Positions 32,586 through 43,400 of a stretch of 64,000 bases of DNA are shown one piece after another; the first letter of the stretch is position 1; each line of letters opens with the position of its first letter. Position numbers and translations under genes: made by a program. The stretch covers positions 1 to 64,000 of the forward strand of contig CAVYRJ010000016.1 in assembly GCA_963770935.1 (NCBI GenBank), in the 5' to 3' direction. A model generated the notes under the pieces. It saw nothing but the letters and a program-made list of their open reading frames with translations, did not search any database and was not told where the DNA came from. Origin of the DNA: Candidatus Bathyarchaeota archaeon (GTDB lineage: Archaea; Thermoproteota; Bathyarchaeia; Bathyarchaeales; Bathycorpusculaceae).

Positions 32586-35402
32586 TTAGGTGTGGTCGTG
32601 TTTGCTTAAGTCCTCAGGTGTTTTGCTAAACCTTCGGATGAAGAATTTGCGGATTTCCTCAGCAAAAATAACTATCAGAGCCAACAAAATCAGGAATACC
32701 CAGTCAGTCACGCCTAATGCAGTAGTTCCAAAGATTTTTTGCATCAAGGGCACGTAGACGAGGAACGCCAGAATCGAAAGTTGCGCTACTATGCCTACGA
32801 TTATCCATTTGTTGGTTTTTAGACTTGTTTTGAAGATTGATTGTTTGCTGGTTCTGCATGCTAAGACGTTTCCTGCTTGAGCGACAACTATGCCTCCGAA
32901 CATCATTGTGACGCCTTTCAAGTAAATTGGGTTAGCAGTTATTCCAGACACGCCAAATTGCCAGTCAGTCGGCACGGGCATTCCAATATGCCACCCGCCT
33001 GCAGCCCAAGCGCTCAGACACCCAATCATGGCACCAGCAGCAATGATTACCCCGATAAAGACTGACCGCAAAAGAACTCTACGCGTAAAGAGCCTTTCTT
33101 TTATGCTTCTTGGGGGCTCCTGCATGATTCCTGCTTCTGGTAGCTCACGACTCAAAGCTAACGAGGGAATAACGTCAATTACAAGGTCGATGGCTAAGAC
33201 TTGAACCACTAGCAGCGGCAGTGGAATTCCTAAAGCTGCGTAAAGCAAGAAGGGAATTAACTCTGCCCAGTTGTGGGAGAACACATAAACGATGAACTTG
33301 CGAATGTTCTCATAGATAGCTCTGCCAGATTCAACCGCCTTCACGATAGAAGCGAAGCTATCGTTAAGCAAGACAATGTCTGCGGCTTCACGCGCCACAT
33401 CCGTTCCCGAAGCACCCATGGCAACTCCTATGTCTGCTTCTTTAAGCGATGGTGCATCATTTGCTCCATCGCCTGTTACAGCAACGATTTCGCCGCTCTT
33501 TTTAAGAACTTTGACTATTCGCAGTTTCTGTTCAGGGGAAACACGCGCGAAAATCACGTTGCCTTTTTTAACTTCATCAACAATGGCTTTGTCGCTTATT
33601 TCTTCAAGGTCAATTCCTCTAATTACTTGGCAGCATTCTTTCTCTACTATGCCAACTTCCTGAGCTATAACTTGAGCCGTTGGACCATAATCGCCAGTAA
33701 TAATAACTGTTTTAATTCCTGCTTGTTTTGCTTCTAAAACCGCATCTTTTACCTCTGTTCTAGGAGGATCACGCATTCCTGCTAAACCCACGAAAACGAG
33801 ATTTTTCTCCACTTCATCCCCCTTTTTGTATTCGTTTTTGGGCATTTTCCTGTAGGCAGCTGCTATGACGCGTAAGCCTTCGTTGGCGAACTCATGAATT
33901 CTTGTTTCTATCCACTCCAAGTTTTCAGGGGTTAAATCTTCAACCTTGCCTTCTACAAGCACTTTGTTGCAAAGATCAAGGATATTTCTGGGGGCGCCCT
34001 TGGTGTAGATAAAAACATCACCGTTTAAAGAATGAACCGTACTCATGAGTTTGCGTTCAAAACTAAACGGTAAAATGTCGATGGTAGGTTTTTCAACAAT
34101 CAATTCTTCGATATTTTGACCATACTTCAACGCTGCAACAAGCAAAGCCCCGTCGGTGGGATCTCCGATCACGCTCCAGTTTCGGTTTCGGTCGGATGGG
34201 GGATCGATTTTAGAGCCGTTGCAGAGTGCAGCGATTTCTAGAAGTTTGTCGAGTGAGTTTGTTTCGCCCTCTTTTAGAGGTTGACCATTTATGGTGAAGT
34301 CACCGACTGGCATGTAGCCTAAACCTGAGACTTCGATCACACGGTCTTTTACCCAGAGTTTGTTAACGGTCATTTCGCCTTTTGTGATTGTGCCTGTTTT
34401 ATCGGTGCAGATTACTGTAACGCTCCCCAAAGTTTGCACAGCTGACAACCGTTTAACCACAACATTCTGCTTAACCATCTTCAGCACGTTGATAGCTAAG
34501 GCGCTGGAAACTGTAACCTGCAAACCTTCAGGGACACAGCACACCATGACTCCTATCATGAAAAGGATGCTTGTGGCAAGGGGAACATGCAAGAATAGAA
34601 AACTAGCAATAAAGAAAATTGTACCTACAATCATAGCAATAATAAAATCGTACTTAGCTGTTAAGCCGATTTCTTTTTGAAGTGGGCTTTCCTCTTCCTT
34701 AATTGTTTGTGTTAAACTTGCAATTCTGCCAAACTGAGTATCCATACCTGTTGAATAAACAACCGCTCTACCTTGACCTTTAGCAACGCTGGTGCTCATA
34801 AAAACAAGGTTCGGCGAATACATGTATGCTTTCTCAACAACTTTGGCTGGTTCAGCAACACGAGGTTGAGGTTCAGATTCACCGGTTAAAGGTACATTGT
34901 TGGTCCATAAATCAAAAACTTCAATCAAACGGGCATCTGCAGGAACACGGTCACCTTCTTCCAAAAGCACAACGTCTCCAGGAACAATTTCCCTGACAGA
35001 GACTTTCTTTAATTCGCCATCCCGCATGACTTTTGCGAATTCAGGCATCCAGTTCTTGAGGGTTTCCATGGCTTTTTCTGCACGAGATTCTTGAAAGATA
35101 CTGACGAAAATGTTGACGAAAACGACTGCAAGGATGATTAGCGCAAGTTGAGGACTGCCGCTGATATACGATAAGATAGCTGCGACAAGCAGTAGAATGC
35201 CAAATAAGTCTTTAAGATTACGTATAAACTTGTTTATGAATGGAATTTGCCTTTTCTCTGAAAGCCGATTGTACCCATATTTTTTTAGGCGAAGTTTAGC
35301 TTCCTCGCTTGTTAACCCATTCTCTGATGTGTTTAGTTCATCGAAAACCTTGTTAGTCGGCAAAGAAGCAGCTTTTTCCATATTATTCCGCCAAAACCTC
35401 AA
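32586..35402 (-). CDS. P-type (P2) cation-transporting ATPase; start probably ATG 35381
   Basis: TGES, VPEGL, DKTGT, KGAP, TGD, GDGAND. Confidence 0.95.
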   Translation of the reverse strand: MRFWRNNMEKAASLPTNKVFDELNTSENGLTSEEAKLRLKKYGYNRLSEKRQIPFINKFIRNLKDLFGILLLVAAILSYISGSPQLALIILAVVFVNIFVSIFQESRAEKAMETLKNWMPEFAKVMRDGELKKVSVREIVPGDVVLLEEGDRVPADARLIEVFDLWTNNVPLTGESEPQPRVAEPAKVVEKAYMYSPNLVFMSTSVAKGQGRAVVYSTGMDTQFGRIASLTQTIKEEESPLQKEIGLTAKYDFIIAMIVGTIFFIASFLFLHVPLATSILFMIGVMVCCVPEGLQVTVSSALAINVLKMVKQNVVVKRLSAVQTLGSVTVICTDKTGTITKGEMTVNKLWVKDRVIEVSGLGYMPVGDFTINGQPLKEGETNSLDKLLEIAALCNGSKIDPPSDRNRNWSVIGDPTDGALLVAALKYGQNIEELIVEKPTIDILPFSFERKLMSTVHSLNGDVFIYTKGAPRNILDLCNKVLVEGKVEDLTPENLEWIETRIHEFANEGLRVIAAAYRKMPKNEYKKGDEVEKNLVFVGLAGMRDPPRTEVKDAVLEAKQAGIKTVIITGDYGPTAQVIAQEVGIVEKECCQVIRGIDLEEISDKAIVDEVKKGNVIFARVSPEQKLRIVKVLKKSGEIVAVTGDGANDAPSLKEADIGVAMGASGTDVAREAADIVLLNDSFASIVKAVESGRAIYENIRKFIVYVFSHNWAELIPFLLYAALGIPLPLLVVQVLAIDLVIDVIPSLALSRELPEAGIMQEPPRSIKERLFTRRVLLRSVFIGVIIAAGAMIGCLSAWAAGGWHIGMPVPTDWQFGVSGITANPIYLKGVTMMFGGIVVAQAGNVLACRTSKQSIFKTSLKTNKWIIVGIVAQLSILAFLVYVPLMQKIFGTTALGVTDWVFLILLALIVIFAEEIRKFFIRRFSKTPEDLSKHDHT

Positions 35403-36028
35403 CTAAAGTTAGTCAGTAACAACCCCGACAATAAGTGAAGATTATCAGTGCTAAAGACTCTATGAACAATGACTCATTTCCTTTAGCTGAAACCACATGA
35501 AGGTGCATTTATATCCTCAGCATTTAAACTACATTGCGTCAATTTTGATAGTTTAATTTTGGTCTATTGTTAAATGTTGCTTTTAAACTAATCGCCAACA
35601 AAGCTATCTTTAACGTGAAAGAAATCAATTGTAACGATGAATTATATGAAAGAGCTTTAAAGTACATTTAATTTTATTCTCCTTTAGCTCCGTTTCGTTT
35701 TGCTAAATAGAAAAATAGAGAGGATTTATCCCTTTTTGCGAATTAGGCTTAACCAACTTGCAAAGTCTTATTTAACCGCTAACTAGCGGGTTTGGTAGCC
35801 CAATTGGCAATAATTTCCAGATTTATCTGAGAAAAAAGCCCTGTAAAGTTGCTTGAATTACCTTTTTTCGGCTCAACTATTTTTAAGAAACATGCCATAA
35901 AGTTAATAGGCTACAAACTCAACTTCCATGTAGCTTACCAATTTCATGAGAGAGTAAATAATGATTCAAATAATTAAAAAACAAGTCTTTCAAGTAATAA
36001 ATTCAATTAAAATGGAGATTGCATAATT

Positions 36029-38245
36029 ATGGCGCGTTATAGGCAAACTGATGAAATTGTAAAACTAATGGAAACCCCGATATTCATACGCAACACCAGC
36101 ATTATCGCTCATGTTGACCACGGAAAAACCACACTTTCAGACAGCCTGCTTGCAGCAGCAGGCATCATCAGCACCCAAACTGCAGGACAGAAACTGTTCC
36201 TTGACTCATGGGACCTTGAGCAAAAACGTCAAATGACCGTTTTCGCCTCAAACGTCAGCTTAGTCCACACTTACCAAGAAAAAGATTACTTAATCAACCT
36301 AATCGACACCCCCGGGCACATCGACTTTTCAGGCGCAGTAACCAGAAGCCTGCGAGCAGTTGACGGCGCACTCGTAGTCGTCGACGCAGTTGAAGGACCC
36401 ATGACTCAGACAGAAACCGTTTTAATGCAGGCTCTGAGAGAACGCGTAAAACCAATATTATTCATCAACAAAGTTGACCGATTAATAAAAGAAATCAAAC
36501 TAACACCAGCGGAGATACAAAGGAAATTTGCCAAGATTCTTCTAAGAGTCAACAACCTAATTGAGAAGTATGCACCTGCCGAGCACAAGAAAGATTGGCA
36601 AGTCACCGTTGAAGATGGTCGCGTTGCTTTTGGTTCAGCCCTTCACAAGTGGGGTTTGAACATTGACCACATGAAAATGAAGAAAATATCTTTCCAAGAT
36701 ATCATTGACGCTTATTCTGGTGACCCAATAGAAGTCGGCAGAAAAGTCGATGAACTAAGCAAAAGAGCACCCCTGCCTGAACCAGTCCTAGACATGTTTG
36801 TAAAACATCTTCCAAACCCATATGATGCACAGCCTTATAGGCAGCCTCAAATTTGGCCAGGAGACGTTGACAGCCCAACTGGTCAGGGAATGGCTAAAGT
36901 CGATCCTAAAGCGCCATTGCTTATGTGTATCTCCACAATTGAAGTGGACCCACATAGCGGAACAGTTGCAATCGGCAGAATCTTTAGCGGTTCAATCGAG
37001 AGAGGCAAAACAGTTCAGCTTGTAAGCAGCAGCCAGAAAGGCACTATTCAACAGGTATTCATGAGTATGGCAACTGACAGAGTTCTCATCGACCGAGTAC
37101 CAGCAGGCAACATCGGGGCCATCTCAGGATTACCATCTATCCACGTAGGAGAAACCATAGCTCAGGAAGGCGCCGAAGTCCACTCGTTTGAAGGTTTACG
37201 TTACGTTTCAGACCCAGTTGTAACTGTCGCTGTTGAACCAGAAGACGTCAAAGACCTACCATTATTTGACAAAGTCATGCACAAACTTACAACTGAAGAC
37301 CCTAATTTGCACTTCATTATGAACAAGGAAAGCGGTGAATTCCTCCTTTCAGGTATGGGTGAGCTTCACCTTGAAATCACCGCTTACCGAATGCAGGAAG
37401 CAGGCTTAAAAGTTAAACTTAGCAAGCCAATAGTAATCTACAGAGAAACCATAAGTCACGACTATAGAGGCCCAGCAATCATGGGTAAAAGCCCCAACAA
37501 ACACAACAAACTCTGGATAACGATCGACAGACTATCTGACGAAGTAATTGAAGCAATAAAGTCTGACAAAATCAGTGACATGCAAAGCAGAGACGAGCGA
37601 ACCAAAATCTTGAAGTCACTTGGTTGGGCACCAGACGAAGCTAAAGGCGCCGTTGCAGTTGAAGAAAACTGTATACTCTGCAACCGCATACGTGGACGCC
37701 AGTACGTGGAAGAAATCATCGACCACATTAAAACTGGTTTCCGCGAAGCCGTCCACACTTCACCACTCGCTAAAGAACCAGCTTACGGCTTAAAAATTAA
37801 CCTTGAAGACATAACGCTACATGAAGACCCAGTTCACAGAGGTCCCGCTCAAGCCATACCCATGACCTGGAGACCAATCTACTGCGCCATACTCCTAAGT
37901 GACCCCAAACTGCTTGAGCCACTCATGAGCTTCGAATGCAAAGTTCCAAGCGAATTCGTCAGTTCAGTCATCACACTTCTAAACAAACGCCGAGGCAAAA
38001 TCCTCGACATGCCATCCGAAGAAGATATGATTACCGTGAAAGCTGAAATGCCAGTTTCCGAAAGCTTCGGCATCGCCGATGAACTCCGCAGCAGCACACA
38101 AGGCAGAGCATTCTGGGCAACCCAGTTCAGCCGTTGGGCACCAGTTCCAGAGCAGATGCAAGCTGAAACAATAAAGAAGATCCGTGAACGCAGAGGACTA
38201 CCACCAGTTCCGCCAAAACCAGAAGAATACTTCGAAAAAGAATAA
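36029..38245 (+). CDS. fusA: Translation elongation factor EF-2
   Basis: AHVDHGKTT, DTPGH, NKVD, GMGELHLE, diphthamide loop HEDPVHRGPAQ. Confidence 0.95.
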   Translation: MARYRQTDEIVKLMETPIFIRNTSIIAHVDHGKTTLSDSLLAAAGIISTQTAGQKLFLDSWDLEQKRQMTVFASNVSLVHTYQEKDYLINLIDTPGHIDFSGAVTRSLRAVDGALVVVDAVEGPMTQTETVLMQALRERVKPILFINKVDRLIKEIKLTPAEIQRKFAKILLRVNNLIEKYAPAEHKKDWQVTVEDGRVAFGSALHKWGLNIDHMKMKKISFQDIIDAYSGDPIEVGRKVDELSKRAPLPEPVLDMFVKHLPNPYDAQPYRQPQIWPGDVDSPTGQGMAKVDPKAPLLMCISTIEVDPHSGTVAIGRIFSGSIERGKTVQLVSSSQKGTIQQVFMSMATDRVLIDRVPAGNIGAISGLPSIHVGETIAQEGAEVHSFEGLRYVSDPVVTVAVEPEDVKDLPLFDKVMHKLTTEDPNLHFIMNKESGEFLLSGMGELHLEITAYRMQEAGLKVKLSKPIVIYRETISHDYRGPAIMGKSPNKHNKLWITIDRLSDEVIEAIKSDKISDMQSRDERTKILKSLGWAPDEAKGAVAVEENCILCNRIRGRQYVEEIIDHIKTGFREAVHTSPLAKEPAYGLKINLEDITLHEDPVHRGPAQAIPMTWRPIYCAILLSDPKLLEPLMSFECKVPSEFVSSVITLLNKRRGKILDMPSEEDMITVKAEMPVSESFGIADELRSSTQGRAFWATQFSRWAPVPEQMQAETIKKIRERRGLPPVPPKPEEYFEKE

Positions 38246-38356
38246 TCTTCTTTTCTTTCATTTTTATTCTTAGTTTATTTTAAAAAAAGTTTTGATTTTC
38301 ATTTTAGAAAGTTTGTTTAGGGTAATGCTTTAATGCAAAACCCAAGTTAAGGTTTA

Positions 38357-38950
38357 GTGACGCTTATGATAGTTGGAATTTGCGGTAGTCCAAGAGAACA
38401 AGCAACCGACTTTGTTCTAAAAGAAGCCCTGAAAATGCTCGATGCAAAAGGGTTTGAAACAAGGTTTTGGACGGTAAGAGCCAAACGTTTAGGTTTTTGT
38501 ATGCACTGCGATTTCTGCCTAAAAAACAAGGAATGTGCCTTCAAAGACGACATGCAGGAACTCTATACCCTGCTTAAAGACGCAAAAGGCATAATTTTTG
38601 CCTCACCAGTCTACAACGGCGGAGTAAGCGCCCAAACCAAAACTGTAATGGATCGAATGCGCGCGGTATTTGCTGCGGATAAAAACTTTTTCAAAGGCAA
38701 AATTGGAATGGGAATTGCACTAGGTGGCGACAGAATCGGTGGACATGAAGCTGCGTTGCTGCAAATCCACACCTTTTTCATCCTAAACGGCATGATTCCT
38801 GTGAGCGGTGGCTTTTTTGGCGCAAATTTGGGCGCAACATTTTGGACTAAAGACACATTAGAAGGCGCCAAGCTGGATGAGGAAGGTTTTAGGAGTCTTA
38901 AGAAAACTACAAAGCGCTTCGCTGAGTACATCGAGCTTTATAAAAAGTAG
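38357..38950 (+). CDS. Iron-sulfur flavoprotein (Isf) / multimeric flavodoxin
   Basis: GSPR, CMHCDFC....C, ASPVYNGG. Confidence 0.88.
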   Translation: MTLMIVGICGSPREQATDFVLKEALKMLDAKGFETRFWTVRAKRLGFCMHCDFCLKNKECAFKDDMQELYTLLKDAKGIIFASPVYNGGVSAQTKTVMDRMRAVFAADKNFFKGKIGMGIALGGDRIGGHEAALLQIHTFFILNGMIPVSGGFFGANLGATFWTKDTLEGAKLDEEGFRSLKKTTKRFAEYIELYKK

Positions 38951-38958
38951 GGTTTGTA

Positions 38959-39543
38959 ATGGCTGAAGTTAAAGTTAAAAAAACAAAAGTTGCTTGGGGA
39001 ATCACAGGCGCTGGGGACAAAATCGCAGAAATCATCCAAACTATGAAAGATTTAAAGCTGCAGGGTGAGGGCATGGTGGAAATTGATGTTTTTCTCTCCA
39101 AAGCAGCAGAAACCATGCTTAAATTCTACCGATTAGACGAGGAGTTAAAGAATAGTTTTGCAAAGGTAACGGTAGAGTCGAATTCGAATTCGCCTTTCCT
39201 TGCTGGTATGATGCAGAGCCACAAATATGAGTTTTTGCTAATTTTTCCTGCATCGTCTAATACAGTTGCTAAAATTGTAAACGGCATCGGAGACACTTTG
39301 CTCACTAATTCTGCGATTATGAGCCTTAAGGCTTTCGTGCCTGTTTGGGTTATGCCGGTGGACTACAAAGAAAGCGTTATCTCGACTAAGCTTCCTAATG
39401 GCGAAGAGATGAAGATCCGCGTCCGCAAAGAAGAAGCCGAGCAAGTACGCAAACTGGAAGTTACCGAGGATGTACATGTTTTCGAAAATCCAGCCAAAGT
39501 ACATGAGGCTTTTTTTGCGTGGCTAAAAAAGGTTAAGAAATAA
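38959..39543 (+). CDS. afpA: Archaeoflavoprotein AfpA family
   Basis: VAWGITGAG, PASSNTVAKI..GIGDTL, PVD. Confidence 0.82.
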   Translation: MAEVKVKKTKVAWGITGAGDKIAEIIQTMKDLKLQGEGMVEIDVFLSKAAETMLKFYRLDEELKNSFAKVTVESNSNSPFLAGMMQSHKYEFLLIFPASSNTVAKIVNGIGDTLLTNSAIMSLKAFVPVWVMPVDYKESVISTKLPNGEEMKIRVRKEEAEQVRKLEVTEDVHVFENPAKVHEAFFAWLKKVKK

Positions 39544-39848
39544 ATTCTCGCGTTTGAAAAGCTGATTGTGTTGGACAGTTTTAAAGGACAGAGATTAACC
39601 CTTAAGCTGGTAATGGACTTCTTGCATCTTTCATGCATGTTGAATATGCACCGGTCAGATAGCCTATACTCTTGCTAAAACAAGAATCCATGGAAAAGAA
39701 CAGTGAAATCTTACGGAAGCGGTTTGAAGGCAGTTTGCGGGCAAATTAGCAGCGATCTTTGTCAAACCCTTACAGTTGCCTTAATGAAGTTTAAGGTGGT
39801 AAAATCAATATCCGCTGTTCATAAAGATTATATCTCACAAGTGATGTC

Positions 39849-40436
39849 TTGAGCGATATCGTTAGTGATATTGCCATGCTATCTGAAAGATCATTGAAAC
39901 GAACAGGAGGAGTCCCAAGAGGTCTTCTAAAATTTCTGGTTTTGAAATACCTAGTGGAGAAGCCTATGTCAGGCGCAGAGATTGTAGAAACAATAGAGCG
40001 GGAAACGAACGGTAAATGGAAACCAAGTTCAGGATCAATCTATCCACTTCTGGGTTGGTTTCAAGACAAAGGATTAGCTGGCGAGGTCGTTATCGTTAAT
40101 AGTGGAATGAAACGGTATTCTCTTACAGACAAGGGAAAAGAATTTTTCAAAGAACAAGTAAGGGTTGGACAAAAGTTCCTAGAAAAAATGGAGTGGCTTG
40201 CACCACTACTAATTGGAGGGTTCGACTTTGGCACAGACCGCGAAAACTTGCTTTGCGCCAAAGAATCAGCGAAAAGAGTTCTAGAAACATTCATAGAATT
40301 GGACGCCAAACGAGACAATTTGACTAAACAAAATATCGAAGAAATAGCTCAAATTCTGGATTATTCTAACTCGCAACTTAAAAAAATTGTCGAAAAAATC
40401 GATGAGAAAAAAACAGTCAAAGAAAACACAAAATAA
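39849..40436 (+). CDS. PadR-family transcriptional regulator
   Basis: RGLLK, WKPSSGSIYPLL, YSLTDKG. Confidence 0.9.
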   Translation: MSDIVSDIAMLSERSLKRTGGVPRGLLKFLVLKYLVEKPMSGAEIVETIERETNGKWKPSSGSIYPLLGWFQDKGLAGEVVIVNSGMKRYSLTDKGKEFFKEQVRVGQKFLEKMEWLAPLLIGGFDFGTDRENLLCAKESAKRVLETFIELDAKRDNLTKQNIEEIAQILDYSNSQLKKIVEKIDEKKTVKENTK

Positions 40437-40449
40437 AATTGGTGTTTAA

Positions 40450-43400
40450 ATGGGATTAAAATCTAGTTTTATGATTGCATGGCGATCTTTATCCAGAAGA
40501 AAAAGCAAAAACCTCAGTGCAATTCTTGCTGTAACTCTAGGTGTAACCTTACTGGTAGGAATCCAGATCACTACGGCTACCCTAGATAACGCTTTTCTTG
40601 CAAGTCTTTCTCAAAGTCAAGGCGAAGTAGACGTCCAAATCTCAAACGCAACCCTGGGCGGATATCTCAAAATTGAAGATCAAGCCTTGATATCTGATCT
40701 TGCTCCTGAAGCATTCGGAATCATGCCAGAACTTACAGCCCAAATTCCCGCGTTAGTAGAAAGCCATTTCGAACCGAAGATGAGTGCTGCTGGAGTACCT
40801 GTAAATTACCCTGAGGTATTTGGCATTTTCTATGATTGGAAAACAGGAAACAAACTGGACCTCAATGGCCTTCTAGATAGCAACTCAAGCATCTTATTAT
40901 CAAGCAATCAAGCCGAAAAATTAGGAATCGATAAAGATACATCGTTACCTGTTAAATTAACCACCGAGTTCACAAATCTAACTAAAACGCTCATACCCCC
41001 AACTGTTCCATTAGTTAATTGGACAATAAACGCAAACATAACAACTGCAAACTACATCCTAAACAGCACCATAACCAACCTATCGTTAGAAGTGCAACCT
41101 ATTAATTTTCAAGGCATCGCAATGACATATACCACTGAATGCCCAAATCTGAATCTATCTAATTATTCCTATGTTAACATAACAGCCACAGGCTCACCAA
41201 ACACGGCGGTAATATTCGGCTTTCTTTTAGACGATGGCACTACAATGACTGTAGCGAACCTGACGGACCCATCAACCCTCAACACCCTATCCTATGACCT
41301 AACACCCTACACAAACAGAACCCTAAGCGGCACAAGCTTTCTAACAGCCATGAGCCTGAATGGAACCAACGCAAAACTCGACATAACCGAGATAGCCTTT
41401 GAAACATCCAACCAAACCGACTCCCAGCGCCTTTCCCTCGCGAAATATACCTCTGAGATATCAAGAGTAGACCTACAAGTAGTAGGAATATATGATTCTA
41501 GCCGCCCCGGGATAGGTTCACAATTTTCGGGAGCAGTGTTTAGACTTGAATACCTTCAGGACTGGCTTAGCCTAAAAGACCAAAACCAACAGACAGACAT
41601 TGTCAGCGCTTTCTCAATCGCCTACAAAGGAGACCATTTTGTTAAAGAAATGAATGAAGACTACCTGCAGGCCATTGTAGACCATCTAAATGCAACAATC
41701 CCCAGAGATACAGATCCTGTCACCGGTGAACCAATCGATATCTACCAGATCAACTCTGCGCGACTTAACTTCTTTGATCTTGCCTCATTTTTCATCACCC
41801 TAATGAGCACAATGCTAACCGCGTTAGGCTTTCTTATAATGCTAACAGGTGTGCTTCTAATTACCAACATACAGCTCATGAGTGTAGAGGATAGAGAATT
41901 CCAAACTGGAGTAATGCGAGCCGTAGGTGAAAATCGCAGAGGAATTTTCTATTCCATAATGATTGAAAACCTATTTCAAGGAGTAATCGGAGGCCTCCTA
42001 GGGCTCTTAGGGGGATTGGCTTTCGGACAAGCCGTAGCAGTATATCTAGTGGGTTTATTTGGAACAGGTCAACTTAGCGTCCAACCAGTCATTTCTGAGA
42101 CAACAATCATCCTATCAGTTACAATCGGTGTAGTCCTTAGCATCGTTACAGGGATTTTTCCAGCCCTAAGAGCCTCACAAGTGAAAATAGTCGAGGCTCT
42201 GCGAGGAATACAAGTCAAGTTCAAGTCCAAATCAAGCAGAAACTTGGTAGCCCTAGGTATCCTGATGACAGTTCTGGGCACCTTTGTTCTGCTATACAAC
42301 GGCTCATTTGACAAAGAAACTCAAGTCATCTGGAGCAGCCAAGGATGGGACAGCTTAGGAGAATGGAGAAACCTTCTGATAGGATTTGGCTTTCTAACAG
42401 GCGGCTTAGGTTTCATTCTATCACGCTTCATCGACCGCGTCAAAGCCTTCAATATTGCAGCCATCACGCTTTGGGCGTTCCCGTCAATCCTATTCGTCTA
42501 CGCCATGGGCAACTGGGTAAAAGGAATCACAGGTTTATCCATTGAAATTTTGATTTTAGGTATCGTTGAAATAATAATCGGCTCTCTCCTATTTGTCGCT
42601 CTCAACCTACCGATCCTGATGCGGGGACTTCGAACAATACTAATTAAAATTCGGGGCGCAAAAGGCATCGGGCAATTCTCGCCCGCACTCATATCCTCAC
42701 ACATCACTCGCTCAACTCTAACCTTTGCCATATTCGCAATCATCCTGACCTTAAACGTTCTAGTCGCAGCGCTTATCCCAACAAGTTTGGGAACTGCAAC
42801 ACAGATCGAAAATGATTCCAACGGGGTTGACTTCACGGTCTTTCTAAGCAAACCAGAGGCAATCATTCCAGGGACAAACTACACCCAAGAACTCTACAAC
42901 ATCGATGACCGAATAACCGATGTAATAGGCTTCAAGACTTTTAAGCCTGGTACGGATTTCACAAAGTTCGTTGCCCTAGAAGACCCGCAGTCTGACGAGT
43001 TTGACTATAAAACGGATTTCCTTCCGATCGGGATAGGCGAATTTAAGCCAGAACAAATTCGAGGCAATGCCTTAACCTACTTAGATAGTAATTGGCGCTA
43101 TCCTGCCTTTATCTCAACTTTCCCAGATGGGGTTAGAGAGTCTATGATACCTGATATGTCAGATAGCTTAGCGCAGGAATTGTCCAAAAAGTCATGGGAC
43201 ACACTCTTTAACCCTCAGTATGAAATGGCCGCATACAACGTCTCATCGGATTTGCTCTCAGTATTCTCAGGTGAAGGAGACATCTCCAACTTGGATTTAG
43301 GATCAGGAGGCGGCTTTGGCGGAAATGGCGAAGATCCTCTAGCAGACGTCCAACCGCTAACAGATAACACAACCAGCATAATTAAGCACCCCATAGTCTT

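Noticed and set aside
35775-35900. About 39-codon minus-strand ORF (MACFLKIVEP...) upstream of EF-2
   Set aside because: No SD or motif, and it lies in the EF-2 promoter region; likely chance
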